Assembly (NCBI RefSeq): GCF_026571515.1
Contig: NW_026864815.1
Coordinates: forward strand, 1-64,000
Reading direction: 5' to 3'
DNA: 64,000 bases
Source of the DNA: Ruditapes philippinarum
Lineage: Eukaryota
Each line of letters opens with the position of its first letter. Positions within the stretch are counted from its first letter, which is position 1. The position numbers were made by a program, and so were the translations under genes. Under the pieces are notes generated by a model. It made no database searches. It saw nothing but the letters and a program-made list of their open reading frames with translations, and had not been told where the DNA came from. Below, one piece after another: positions 26,401 to 41,400 of the stretch.

Positions 26401-29400
26401 TAATGAAATATTTTTATAAAATTTATAAATAATAAAAGTTTCCATAATCTTATGGTCAGTTCTCTAAAGAAGAATGTCTCTGTTATTTAACACACATGAA
26501 TATTGTACGAAAACAGAATAAAATGTTCCAGAACGTAACTTTAAGTAGGACTTTAGCCTTTAAAATTACATATCATTAATTTTGAGCAAGCACCATTTGT
26601 TTGTAAGGACATTTACTACAATATTTCTTTCATACCAGCATTTTGGAAGTTATTCTTTTTCAAAATTCCATCAATAATTTTTGCAACAGATACATAGCTT
26701 TATACACTTTAAAAACCAAAAAATCATAATAGCAAAACAAAATATAAAAAAAGCATCATTTTTTTCTATTTTATAAATCAGTTTTCAATGTTATTTTATA
26801 TATTTCAGGTATCACAAACAGATCATACAAACTTCAGAGATCTGATATGGCATCTTGTTTACAGCCCAAACTTGTCATCTGATCTTGAAAAAGCCAGGTG
26901 AGTTTCTCATTATTTTATACAGCCATTGTCTGTTGTGAAAAGGTCAAGGTATTCAGTCTATTTTACTTCAGTAAATGATAATTCACCTATAGATGACTTC
27001 TTTAAAGATATATACTATGCCCATCATTTAGTAAAATATTTAAATCACAGAAACTTACTGAAATCTATGAAATTCTTACTAAATATGTCAAATTTGAATA
27101 AAAGAATGAATAAACTATGCATGGAAAGCTGCGTTCCCTATTATGGGTAAAAAACTGCCAGTTGTTTAATGATATTGTGACCACCTATAGTGTGTAAAAT
27201 TTTAAATATAACATATCTACTTTGTGTGAAGTCAAAACAAAAGTTTCTTTTTACTTCTGAATATGTAAGGTGTTGAAATATATTTGTGAAAGAGATGCCA
27301 GGTTTACTTGACATCAGTTAGATATATCTAATGTTAATTGGTGTACCATGATCTTTTCACAACATTGTTCATATATTGTATATTTAACCACTTGCAAACT
27401 TGTGAGGTGGAGGGAGCATATAGATTTGCCCTTGTCCGTCCACCCCACTATCACATTGTCAGTGTTTATCATGCTGTCTGTTTATAGACTAACAAAGCTG
27501 TGGAATGAAGAGCCTTGTCCTATGGATTATTTCTAGTTATTTTATGAGAAGAAATATATATATAGCCATAAAATCATCTTGTATTGTGCAAGCAGCATGT
27601 GAAATTGTGAAGGATAATTTTTGTTACATTAATTTTACAGGGATTATTAACAATAATTATACCATCTGTTACTATATTGATCGTTTATCCTGAATGTTAT
27701 TGTACAGTCAGTGAAAATTGCAATATTTTGCATGGTTAAAGATGTTGTTATATTTGCAAGAGTCCTGACATTGTTCCCATGATTTTATCAAAGGCATTAA
27801 AGCCTCATGTTTAATGGTCATAATTAGCATGAGCCTCATCTTGGTTAAACAACTTGCCTTGCACAAGCTAGCTGAATAGCTTGCTAGCTGGAAATAGTTA
27901 CATGTCCTTGCAGAGATTTCAACCAACAGCTGTGAGTGGCAAGTAAGTCACTGGCAACATAATGAGCCACTAAGTCAAGGAGAAATGGAGATGATAAGTG
28001 TGAAAATATATGAATAAAAATGACACTTTGGTTATATTAAAGTTTAATTGTAGGCACACATTTAATTTTTTCATTCTTTAGAAGGGGCAAACATGAGTTT
28101 AAAAAATTTGATGTTTAAAGAACGGTGTTACAGCATGTTAGATGATTTTCACCCTGAATATGAAATTATCTGTCATAAAGGTAACAAAATGTAAACAACA
28201 AAGTCAGTGTGTTCGAAATTAGCAGTAGTCCCATAGCCCCTGACTACTAAATTTCGCCTCAGGCTACCAACTTTTCACAGTAACAAGCCCGACCAGGCTA
28301 CTGTATTTTCAGAGGCAATATAAACAACTGTTTTGAACAAATGGATTGTGCTAGTGAAATGTCTTTTGGGCTAGTGAATAGTCCAATCTGGTCGTCCGAC
28401 CAGCCTAGTGGATTCAAATCCGAATTTCTTACACTGCAAAGTACTTCCATACAAGATACTAAATAACTGCTATAGTACTAGTTACCAAAAAGATTACAGA
28501 GCAGGTGGTTCAGTTAATTGGCGAATGAGTAACTTTAAGAAAACTATAACAGGACACACAAAAAGAAGGTTTCTTAGAAATAAGAGCATTTTAATGGGTC
28601 TATAAAATCATGACAGAAGAAATACTTCTAGAATTGTGTAGGATCTAAGTAAGGAATCAGGATACCTGTACTTGATTGTTGTTGCTATATATATCTGAAT
28701 TTTTCTTTGATGATTGAGAAATTCTTAATTGTGGTTGTATAGTTGTTATCCAGTAGACATCAACTGACAAAGTTAATCAGCTTGTACTATTGATCTATTT
28801 TCTACAGCTGTTTGGCTGGAAATAGTTGGGAGGAATTATTTTCAACAGATTTTGATAACCATGATTCTTGGTTATAAAAGTTATATATAGTTTCAGGAAA
28901 AGTTCTTTTTTTCTTAAACTGAGTTTTTTTTAATGGAAAACCATGTTACTACACTACAATATTGAAAATTTAAAAACGGTTCTTCAATGTCACATTTAAA
29001 AATGCTTGAGTTAGCTTGAAGATTGGAGATAAATTTGCTGTTATCAAAGATGATGGGAAGGGCATATTGAAATATGAGCTTAGACAAACTGAGTATAAAG
29101 TCCTGAAAGCTTTAAAATTCTATATTAAATCATATTAGAAGTGCTCACTAGGAATAGAATAGAATAGAATTGGATGATGGCTTTGGTCTAGAGTCCCTAT
29201 AACCTTCTTGTTTGAAATTAAAGAGATATTTTGAGGTGTTTGGTTTGAGAGTTTCGCGGTGAAAAATAGTGGGCTGTTTAAAAAGTTGAGTTTATTTGTT
29301 GGCAGATATTTGAGAGTGTTTGTAGGAAGAAATGGAGGAGCATTGCCAGAGGAATGTATGGAAGTGTCAGAGATCTAGAAGACGAAAACAAACTTTCTAT

Positions 29401-32400
29401 CACCAGAATAGTAACACTGAAACGATAAATGGCCAAGATAATGTACAATAACAACCCACCTGATAAATGTTCTAGGGGAAAAACTGCTGAATAGTGCTCT
29501 CTTCACAATGCTTATATCACTATTAGACATATATCTAAAATCCTTTTGAAGTTATTTTTATATCTTTATAAACATGTTGAATGTATCTTTTTGAGTGTGT
29601 TTAATTTTGTGAGGGCAGTTGTTTGTTTTCGCAGGAATAAGATCCCAGTCCATATAAGGCATTGTTGTATTTTATTATTATATGGATATATCCATAAAAT
29701 GACATCAAACTAGCCAGATATAAAAATCAATCTCCAATCTTTAAAACAAGCACTTTTGATGATGGGCAAGTGACCTACTAAAGCAAGAAATACAATGTTG
29801 TCAAGGAATATGAAAACCAGTCTAGATTTTGCAGTAGAAAACTGTCTGTTGTTTATTGATAGAAAGTGAAGTGAATAGCAGATTATCAGAAGATCTACAA
29901 AGTGTCTGCCATCATCAATTGCCTACAGCAATCTTGATAACACTTGGCCATTACCCTTACATCTGACTATCAGGAATATGTCTTCTTGTATGATTAAAAA
30001 GTATGTAGGTCATAACACCAATTGACAGCCCTACCATTATGTGGCCTATATGGCCTGTGGGTTTGTGGGTCTGGATTCAATGTGGCATGCTTTTCATATT
30101 CAACTTTTCTTAGAACTTTAGAAGACATATTGTTTTAAAGAACATTGATCATGCCCTTCAGGCAGTTTAGTGCATGATGCATTAGAGAAGCTAGTCGGCC
30201 TACTTAGCTTAATAGGGAGAGCATTAGGTTATTAATTCAGGGTCTCTAGTTGGATCCTCAGGAGAGGCTTATTATCTCCCTGACCTTGTACACAGAGTCT
30301 ATTGGACATGTGTCTCTCATAGCTGATTCTGAAATAAGGTAGGATACCTAGTGGGTCACTTGCAGAGAAATTGATAATTACTGGTTAATTTAGCTATCCA
30401 GGAAAGCCACAGAAGGGCAATAACTAAAAAATTATGCAGGGTAGAGTTATCATTCTTGTGCACTGCACTCCTCCTGAGTGAGATCTATGCACCTATGAAG
30501 TTTCATGTTGATATCTCATAGGCTTTTTGAGTTATGCTCTGGACAAAAATCAATTTTGAAAAATAACAAAGGGCAATAACTCAAAAATTATGCAGGGTAG
30601 AGTTATCATTCTTGTGCACTGCACTCCTCCTTAATGAGGTCTATCTACCTATGAAGTTTCAAGTTGATAACTCAAATACATTTAGAGATATGCTCCGGAC
30701 AAAAATGTCGGACGGAAGGACGGACGGACGGAGACTATTACTATATCCCCTGCCGCCTTTTCGGGGGGTGGGGATAATAAATTACTACAAAGTATAACGA
30801 CTAATACAATGCTTGAATGTAAATTTGATATGATAAATGTTGTGTTAAGAGTTTGAAATGAGTGTATCACTTAGATGCCCAAGAAATAAAAACTTTTAGC
30901 TTATTGAGTTTTTTGGTTTCAGTGTTGATAATCATGAAAGGAAAAATATAATTACAAATATTAATGGTGGTGTGTTTAATATATACATGTATGTCCTTGT
31001 ATATAAAAAAAATCTCTTCAAAAGTCTTCAAAGTTTTTTTTCTTTTTCATAATATCTAACCTAGAATAAATTGTAAATTTAACAGAGATAGAAATAAAAC
31101 CAGAAATAACAAAAACATCCTGCCCCTGATGAAAGGTTTAAGGCATTAAAATTTTTCTCATAAAAAAATTGTAAGAATTAGACTTTGCCAGATTTCTATG
31201 AGCTGAAAATAATGATGATTCCAGAAAGTTTCTGCTAAACATTTAGAAAGAAGAATGTAAACATTATCAATTACATTGGTTCATGTTTTTTACATCTTTC
31301 ATTTTCTGTCATTTTTGAGTCAGGGGGAAATTTTTCAAGATCTCAGACTGTTAGTTTAATCAATGAGGCATAACATTCCCCCACAAGTTCATTTCCTGTA
31401 ACCTCTCCAGCATTATGATTGGTATTATTGTATTGCACAGATCTCATTTGACAGCAAAATGGTCATAGAACAGCTATTATATCTTTAGGAAATAACTATA
31501 GCATAAATCATCACATCACACATGAATACTCTCCCTTTATTTATCACGATTAAGCATATAAGAGTTGTCTCCCTTGTGTTTTGTTTTATAAGTTTTAGAC
31601 TTGGAAAACATTGCCAGAAACAGATAAGATATTCTGATAATAGTATATAGATTACTGATAAAAATATTCTCATTACTTTCTAGGAAATTCCAGGAATGCT
31701 GAGTAAGATATGTTACAGGGTACAACTAGAACGTATCTATGTACATGACTAATATATATAAATGTAGACAAATCTGAATTGCAAAAATATATTAAATTAC
31801 AAATTAAAGCAGCTCTGAATATATTTTACAATAATGACTTTCTACTTACTTGACCATTTATAGACAATGATACAAAGCTTAATAAAAATTAAATATATAA
31901 AAATTTAAAGTTACCACTAACACTTTCATGATTACGGCCTGGTTAGTTATCCAGGAAAGTCAGTTAGATGGATAGACCATCAAGAAATGTGTTTTAATCA
32001 GGGTAAAAACCAGAAAAACAAAGGAACACTCAACAGACTTTCAGCTTAACCAAAGTCAACACTGTCTGGGATTTTCTTTTATTGTCCTTTTCAGTTTCTA
32101 AGGTACATTTGAACAATTCTTCTGATAGTGTTAAGAAGATCAAGAAATATAAAATAAATTCAATATGAATATCAAAGATCAGATCATTTCTAAAGTATAA
32201 ATGATACATTGTTAATAAATTATGGGAAGAGAAATGAATCAAATTTTCATATAATAGTCATAAATTTCTCACAAATTATTTCATAAGTTATTTTTTGTTT
32301 TTTGTTCTATGAAATCAAAACTGTCAATTGTCCTTTATACTGCTGTTTGTGTAGAATATGGTACTATAGCTACTCTTAAATTATATTTGTTTAGCCATTA

Positions 32401-35400
32401 TAATAGAATTATTATAACACTAAACGATGATGGTCTTATGGAAGATGGCTATATGGTGAAGAGAAATGAATGAGTGTAGGGAAGATGGTTATATGGTAAA
32501 GAGAAGATAAAAATTAATGGGTGTAGATTGTTATATGGTGAAGAGATGAATAATTGTAGGGAAGCTGGTTATATGGTGAAGAGAAGATAAAATTTAATGG
32601 GTGTAGAGAAGACAGTTATATGGTAAAAAGATGAATGAGGGTGTAGGAAGATGGTTATATAGTGAAGAGATGAATGGGTGTAAGGAAGATGGTTATATGG
32701 TAAAGTGAAGGTAAATGGGTGTAGGGAAGATGGTTATATTGTGAAGAGATGAATGGGTGTAAGGAAGATGATTATATGGTGAAGAGGTGAATGGGTGTAG
32801 GGAAGATGGTTATATGGTGAAGAAAAGATAAATGGGTGTAGGGAAGACAGTTATATGGTGAAGAGAAGGTAAATGGGTGTAGTGAAGATGGTAATATGGT
32901 GAAGAGATGAATGGGTGTAGGGAAGATGGTTATATGGTGGAGAGATGAATGGGTGTAGGGAAGATGGTTATATGGTGAAGAGAAGATGGATGGGTCCGTA
33001 GTGAAAATGGTTTTATATGGTGATAAGATGGATGGTAGCACTATAGTAATATTATTTACCTCATGTAACAATTATTTGATCACAAATTATTTTCTACCAA
33101 TGACAGCATACTCTTCCATTTTGTCATCTTTTACCTGTAAACATACATTGTAAATTATTTGCCTGAGGTATGGTCATAATTTAGCATTGTTATTATGATC
33201 TTATATATTATCATTTTTAGAGCCATTTTTCGATGGATGACATCAAAGAACATGTACAATATTGACTTTGCCAATGTGCAGAAAGGTTCTCCTGAAGAGG
33301 TTCTCACATCATTCAAGAACAAGAAAGGAACATATGCCAGAATATTTGAAACTCTCTGCGGGTAAGATATGAGCCATGTCATGACAAAACCAACATAATG
33401 CATTTGCGACTAGCATAGATCCAGACCAGCCTGCGCATCCGCGCAGTCTGATCAGGATCCATGCTGTTTGCTATCAGATCTTCTGCTTGTAATAGGTTTT
33501 GTAAGCGAACAGCATGGATCCTGATCAGATGCGCAGGCTGGTCTGGATCCATGCTGGTCGCAAACGCATTACGTTGGTTTTGTCATGATGCAGCTCAATT
33601 ATAAATGTATATTCCCAATTTTTGTTTTTCATGAAATAATAAACACTTTTTTAAATAATTATTATGTACTTTGAGATATTTATGACTTGTCCAAAAAATT
33701 AAAAGCTATCAATTCTAAACTCTGTTAAATGTTGGGGTCCGTGTTATAATTTCAAGAATTTTAGCTACAATGATAAAAGAACAGATGGAATTGTCCTGAA
33801 CAACCCTTCAGCAACATACAGCTTTATTTCTTTTGTTTGGTTTGTCAGTGAAGACGATGTATATTATATACATCAAGAGATTTCCTTAAACCTATGCTTG
33901 TACACCAACTAACAAAGTAAAACTTAATTTTTTGAAACATTTCAAACATAAGAAGTTGTTCATTTTTGTTCTATGAGGATCTTAAATGATATTTATTGTT
34001 GTCTTCGATATGCTATTTTCATATAAAAAATTTCACAATATAATAATATTCAGTAGATGTATCATGTAAAATTAATTCATTTTGTGTTTTGTTTTATTTG
34101 TCAGGTTTGCTGGCTTGTACTGTACAGTACTCACAGGTTTTGCTAAGGGTCTAGACTATCGACCAGGGGACAAGTTTAAGGGAACTGAATACAATCATAG
34201 CTGGAATGCTGTGTACATAGATGAGAACTGGTATCTTGTTGACTCTCACTGGGCCACAAGATATCTCATCTCAGAGAAGAACATGCCAGAAAATCTTGTA
34301 TGTTTAATGTTCTATTTTCTTCAACTCTTTGTAGCCGAATATTCACTTACAGCCAGTTTTCTCATTTTTATTGTGAAGTTGATTACTTTAAAAAATAGGT
34401 ACGCAGATAACTTTATGGCAAAAGTCTTCGGTTCTGCTCCATGGCAAAGGTCTTCCTTGTGCACAGTGAAACATGTTCATTATGTTATTTAATCTTTACT
34501 TTGTTAAGTTTCATCAATATTTGATAAAAAGGGAATTTGGGAATTCATTCATTAGAATATAGAGTTGTGTCATGTGGTAGTGATCATCTTTACTTTGTTA
34601 AGTTTCCTCTGTATTTAATAAATAGGGAATTCATTCAATTTGTTTGAATTTAGTTGTGTTATGTGGTAATGATGTGTTATAGGTTTAGGTAAACTATTTC
34701 AGGTGTACGAGTACGACGATTTTTACTTCATGACAGACCCTGAACAGTTGATCTACAGTCACTGGGCACAGAAGGCAGAATGGCAACTCCTGTCACACCC
34801 TCTCACACTGCAGGAGTTTGAAGAACTCCCCCTTGTAAAATCATACTTCTTTAAATGTGGCATGTTCTTTATTTCACATCAAAAAGGTGTTGTTCAAACA
34901 AAAAATGGCAATATATCGATCACTGTAGGGTTTGTCAAACCAACAAACTTTACTTATAAAATTGTTCTTTCTGAAAATGGGGATGAAATGTTTCAAGGTC
35001 ACAAATTGAAGAGTTTTGGCCTCCAAGAAACTCGTCACAATCAGGCTTCTTTTACTATAAGGTCACCTAAGTCTGGTTCATTTTATCTTACAATATTTGC
35101 CCAGCTTCTAACTGGAGACATCGGAGTGAAGAACGTGTTCACCGCAGCTGCAGAGTATAAGGTAGTTGCCGACACGAGAGCTAGTGATGCAGTGCCGCTA
35201 CCCAATTGTTCGGACAGCAACTGGGGACCAGGCATACCTCTGGATCAGCTTGGTCTGATTCCAAGTCACAAGGACTCGGTTATTCCTACACAAGATAACA
35301 GAGTGACCCTGGAATTCACGAAAACAAGACCTACTTTCATTTTGTGTAAACTACGGAAACCTGGCATGAAGGTGAGGTGTTTAGAAGTCTTTGTAAATAA

Positions 35401-38400
35401 AGAATTATGCACTTTATTGTCTAAGATTCTAATTGAATCCATGCAGATGGAATATCTCATCATTGAAGTCAGAATTGATTTTATAATTGAAAGATTTTTC
35501 AACCAATTATTATCAGAGTGCTGCAAATAATTTTATCTGGAAGTTTATTTAAGTTGAATGTATAAAACCTTGTATGCTGTTGAAATTAAAATTTTCTAAG
35601 TGTGACCTTAGATAACTTTCTGAAGCAGAGGAACATTAAGTTGTAAACTGTAATGTTAAAAGTTTTATTTTTAGAAACTACAGCTTTGAGCTGGGGTTTT
35701 TTTCCTTTGTAATTTTGCCCGATTACACCTTGTGTACGTTTAAAAACCATCAATTGTAATAGCAACCACTTGATACCTTTACTCGATTATGTCAGTAAAA
35801 TTCTCTTTTCTCGCAAGATAGTGTCAGACTTGCCATCTTATCATTTGAAAAACATTTAAATTGTTCAACATTAAGGAGTATGTTTGTTTATTCAACATCA
35901 GGTTGTGAAAATTCAACATACTTTTTGCCTTTTTCTTTGTACTGGAAATATAGAAATGATAATAATACAACTTTAAAAAACAGAAAAACAAAGTGTTTTA
36001 AAAGGCTGAGTTTACAAAATATTGATTGTTGAATACTGTACAGTCATATATTGCAGAAGAAAAAGTGATACTTATTAGACTACTTATTTGTTGTGATATA
36101 ATTGTAAGGATCTGACTTTGATCTCTTGGCCAGGGATGTATTATTACATGTTTTTATCAGGCTAGTAGGTTCTATTTAATTGAGGTTCTTGTCTTGATAT
36201 AATCCTATATTTTCTTCCAGCAATGAAGCTAGGAAATCACCAGATGTCATTTACTTAAAATATAACTCCAGAAAATAATTATAAACTGTTGATTTAAAAA
36301 GTAACTGTTTAAAACGGTAACATTAAATAAGATATGTTTGTAATAAATGTTTTCTTTCATTACTTCATACAGGAGGATGATTTGGAACGTTGTATCACAG
36401 AAGCTGACAAGGGTGATAAGGTTGTTGTCACGATATCTCTGCCTTTGAAAGGTGAATATGGTCTGGAAATCTACGGCAACGACCCAGCCAAGGATGGGGA
36501 CACATATACACATGTGTGTCAGTACTTTGTGCACTTTGCCTCACCAGATGAACAACAGAAAGCTTTCTACCAGGAAACACCAGCAAGAAACAGCAATTTA
36601 CCTGACCAACAAGCAACAATGAACAAGGGATATAATCCTGATACTCAACAGGTGAGTGTTAATAGATAACAGTTACCTCCCTTTGTCATGTAGTTATTAT
36701 ATTATGACAGGATTGGTTATTATTTCTTCAGCATTATATTGAAGGTTGATCATTATATGCTCACTGCCAAACTGTTGCTTTTAATGTTAAAAGATTATTG
36801 AGGTACCATTCATCATACATTAAAAAAAGCAGTCTCCATTAGTCCATATATATGTATTTTTTAATAAAAAATATAGCTGTTAATTAATAAGAATAGTTGA
36901 AATTTGCTGATTGTGGTTTGACATTAGCTGCAGACATAAATTTACCCGTCTTGTACATCCAGTCCATAAAGTATTTCCCACTGGCAATACTCTTGTGTGA
37001 GTCAATGAAGAATGTTCTTTATCTTATGCTTACATGTTTGAGGTCTGGAGACAAATTTTGTGGGCACAAAAGTTGGATTATTCCATATGGAAATCTCTAA
37101 TTGGAAAGATATTTGCTTATTGCTCAGTATATTGTTTCCAGTGTCATTAAAATGTAATTAGATCTAAGTGCTAGAAGTGATTATGACAGGTCTATGGCGC
37201 CAATATAGAGACAAACCAACATTTAAAAATATATTAATATTGAAATCACTTATATTAATAGTAAAACAGCTCCAGACGCAATGCCATACCAGCCAACTAT
37301 ACAAATTTAGTGGCAGAAATGGAGTAAAAATATATATTTGAGCCGCGTCATGACAAAACCAACATAATGTGTTAGCGACCAGCATGGATCCGGACCAGCC
37401 TGCGCATCCGCGCAGTCTGATCAGGATCCATGCTGTCCGCTTACAGACCCTATAACAAGTTAAGAAACTAATAGCGAACAGCATGGATCCTGATCAGACT
37501 GTGTGGATGCTCAGGCTGGTCTGGATTCATGCTGGTCTCAAACCCATTATGTTGGTTTTGTCGTGACGCGGCTCATTTTATTATTTACAATGTAGTATGT
37601 GGGGAACCATCCTGATACTTTGTCATAGCCAAATTTTGAGAAAATTATAATGATTTCTTTATGATGAACGATTTCATAACAGAGGACACAGTTGTATTTC
37701 TGGTTTAGTATATTTTATGTATAAAGAGTGCAGGATAATTGAAAGCTGTTTGGCAAGTACAATAGTAGGTAACATTTATAACATATAAACATCAGTTTCT
37801 AGAGTGTAAAATTACCTACAAATTGGCAATTTATCACTAAATGCTTATCATGCAGCCTTGCTTGAAAAGTCATGATGTGTTCACCGAAAGTAACTTTGTA
37901 TCATGTATATATTACTTGTAATTGTCAAAATTGTGTATTTCATAAGGTCTTGGTTTTAACAATATCTAATGACACTCATTCATTTGTCATACTGCATTGT
38001 TGACACATTGATTTTTCATATTGCATGTTGCTGTTAGTTTTAAATAGGGATTGCAACACAGGTGCTTGTCTTACTGCATTGTTCTTATATCTATAATAAA
38101 CATTATTTGAGCCGTGTCATGACATAACCAACAAAATGGGTTTGCAACCAGCATGGATCCAGACTAGACTGCGCGGATATCCGCGCAGTCTGATCAGGAT
38201 CCATGCTGTTCGCTATCAGTTTCTCTACTTGTTATAGGGTTTGTAAGCGTAAAGCATGGATCCTAATCAGACTGCAAGGATGCGCAGGCTGATCTGGATC
38301 CATGCTGGTCGCAAACCCATTATGTTGGTTTTGTCATGACGCGGCTCATTTATATGTTTATTATTATATATATATGGGTAGGGTAGGGGTGTGCGTGTTA

Positions 38401-41400
38401 AGACGTCCCGCACCTGTGGATTGGAACAAGTACCGTGCAGTCTGATCAGGATCCATGTTGTTCGCTATCATTTGCTCTACTTGTTATAGGGTTTGTAACC
38501 GAAAAGCATGGATCCTGATCAGACTGCGCGAATGCGCAGGCTGGTCTGGATCCATGCTGGTGGCAAACGCACTATGTTGGTTTTGTGGTGACGCGGCTCA
38601 AATTATTTAAATATCTTTAATGTACAATATTTGTGTTAAATCAAGTCAGTGTATATATCAAAACTACGCATGTAGACAATTAAATGCTATTTCTTTTGTT
38701 GTTAATCATAATTAAATTAAAGAAAGAAAAAATCGTTAGAGGCAAAAAAGTTTCTTCTTTACTACCTCAATTGAATCATTTGCACCTGGAGTTAGTTCAA
38801 ATCTCTCTAGAGAAAATTGGAATTTGTGCAAGTGTGGAAACTTTACAAGCAGATTTTTTTTATTCCTGATGAAATAATATACAAAGAAGAACCTCAGAGT
38901 TGTTCATCTGCTTACACAAAACAGGACTGTGTTGATAATTTGACCTTCAGAATGATTTAACAAAGTATTAGAGAGAGAAAAAATTGAAAAGAAAGAAATA
39001 TGAAACTGCCTCCCCCATGTTTGTAAGATGCAGATATTTATGTAGAAGTAAAGGAATTAACCACTTGTTGAAGTGTATAGAGAGTTTCTCTTTATCCAGG
39101 AAACTTGTCATTATCATTAAATAACACACTCACATTTCACACATTCCATCATAATATAGTCATCCTTTATAACACACTTCACATTTAATGCTGGCCATGA
39201 ACTTCACATATATACAAATCTACAGTAGAGATTTCCAAAATGAATTTGTTGTTCTTGCATTTATAATTGTAAGAGCATAATTTTTATAACATAATAAGTC
39301 ATATTCAAATGTATGCTATAATTATCTATGTTCCATGACATTGTTTTATGTATTCTGTATTTTCTGACTATCAGTAGGTGAAGGTTTTTTTTTATAAATG
39401 TATGTCAATAACATATTTCTGTCTCTCTGTCTATAATTAATATTGAATGTTCTTAATGTTTGTATTTAAAAGAAACTATAGTTAGTGTTTTAAATTATTT
39501 TTTCTTCGATAAGGTTGCAGTATTTCTGATGAATCATAACACATTTACTTTGGTAAATCGGCAAACTGTTAATCAGTTTAGTAAATCGACTGTTTATAAA
39601 AATAATTTAAAACACTAAGCTGGTTAAAATTTACGTAGGGGCGTCCGTGGCTGAGTGGTTAAGGTCGTTGACTTCAAACCACTTGCCCCTCACCTCTGTG
39701 GGTTCGAATCCCGACAGGGACTTTGGATTCTTTCATGTGAGGAAGCTATCCAGCTAGCTTACGGAACGTCGGTGGTTCTACTCAGGTACCCATTCGTGCC
39801 TGAAATAATGCACGGAAGGGCACCTGAGGTCTTCCTCCACCCGTAAAGCTGGAACGTCGCGATATGACCTATAATGTGTCGATGTGACGTAAAACCCAAA
39901 GCAAACAAACAAACAAAATTTACGTATTTACAAAATTAAAATTAAATTGGTAGCGGGGCTGTATTTATTTGCATAAATAAATTATTTCATGAAATTCAGT
40001 AGATAAAAGGTCAAGGGCAGAGAATATTAGTTTTTTTTACAGTGTTTATAATGTTATCTACACTGTACCTATATTATGCATCAATTTACTATATTGCAAA
40101 ATCATAACTTTTCCATTACATCAGTTAATGAATCCAGCAAGTAGATCAGATTTTATGAGATTTTAGCTGCACTTTTTGAATAAGGATGATGTCATTATAC
40201 AGTAAAACAGCAATAGTATTTTTTATAAATTTGCAACTTTGATTGCATCTATTGTTAATTTGTAAAATAGTGAGAAGTTAAATCTGTTGCTGGTGAACAA
40301 ATTTTACTGGAGTTAATGCTGACAAAACATTATCTTTTGAATCTTTACACATTGAAAGTACACTTTTATTCAGTTACAAAATTGAAGACTTACTGCTCTT
40401 TGAATATAATTTATCAAAAAACAAAACTTGTACAATTTTTTTTTAATGTTAAGTTTTACATTGCACAAACTAAATGTAGGTCATATGGCAACCTAATCCA
40501 GCTGTACTGGTGGGGGAAAACCTCAGGTGCACCACTGACATTATGTAAGCTGACTGGATAGCTTTCTCACATGTAAAATCTGCTGATGCTTCCATGGCTC
40601 GAATCTAAAATGATCAGAGGCAAATGCTTTGAAGTCAATGACCTTAACCGATTGCCATGGATGCCAGATCCGATATAAAAATTGAAATGTCTTATTTATT
40701 TTAATAATAAAGTAGGTGTCTGCAGAATAAACAAGTACCAGAGTACATGTATGGTAATATCATAAAAATTTGATAATAATTCAACATATTAAACATGAAA
40801 CTGTAGAAGTTAATTTCCAGCAGGGACCAATCTCTAGCAAGTCTTTAGCAAGTCTTTCCCTTTAAATTTGACTTTCAAAGTTATCACAGCAAGCTGTCCT
40901 TTTCATAAGCCTGATAACTTCTAGTCTTGTCATTTTGAGGTGTCATGATAAGCATACATTACTATACAATTATTGACTGGTGTGCCATTGAATATGATGT
41001 GATATTCACTGGCAGATGACATATTGACCGAGGCGATAGCCGAGGTCAATATGACTTTCTGCCAGTGAATATGGCACACTAGTCAATACTTGTTTTATTA
41101 TATGAATAGGCTATAAGAATAAAAAAAAAGTCACATAAAGTACAACCTTATACATGTACAACTTTTGCCTGTTTCATTGAAGAGAGGAAAAAAAGACCCA
41201 CATGTAAGGCGTGCAACAACTACGCGAACGCTTCGCATACAAAAGAAATTCAAGTTTATACTCATAATTTCAGAGTTACTTTTCACTATAATTGTAAAGT
41301 AATAATTATTAATCGGGAAATATACCATAAAGAACCAAACGCAACAATTTTTTAATAAGCACGCGTAATAAACAGTTTATGATATATGGTCATTGAATAT

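Noticed and set aside
32772-33071. 99-aa His/Pro-rich minus-strand ORF
   Set aside because: Translation of the purine-rich minisatellite.
35372-35530. C-terminal extension of the 275-aa ORF (VRCLEVFV...)
   Set aside because: Read-through into the intron past the AAG|gtgagg donor; family similarity resumes at 36373. The same applies to the tails of the ORFs at 20309, 34082, 59563 and 61574.
39638-39720. tRNA-like sequence
   Set aside because: It is the head of a SINE, followed by the SINE body, tail and TSD; not a stand-alone tRNA gene.
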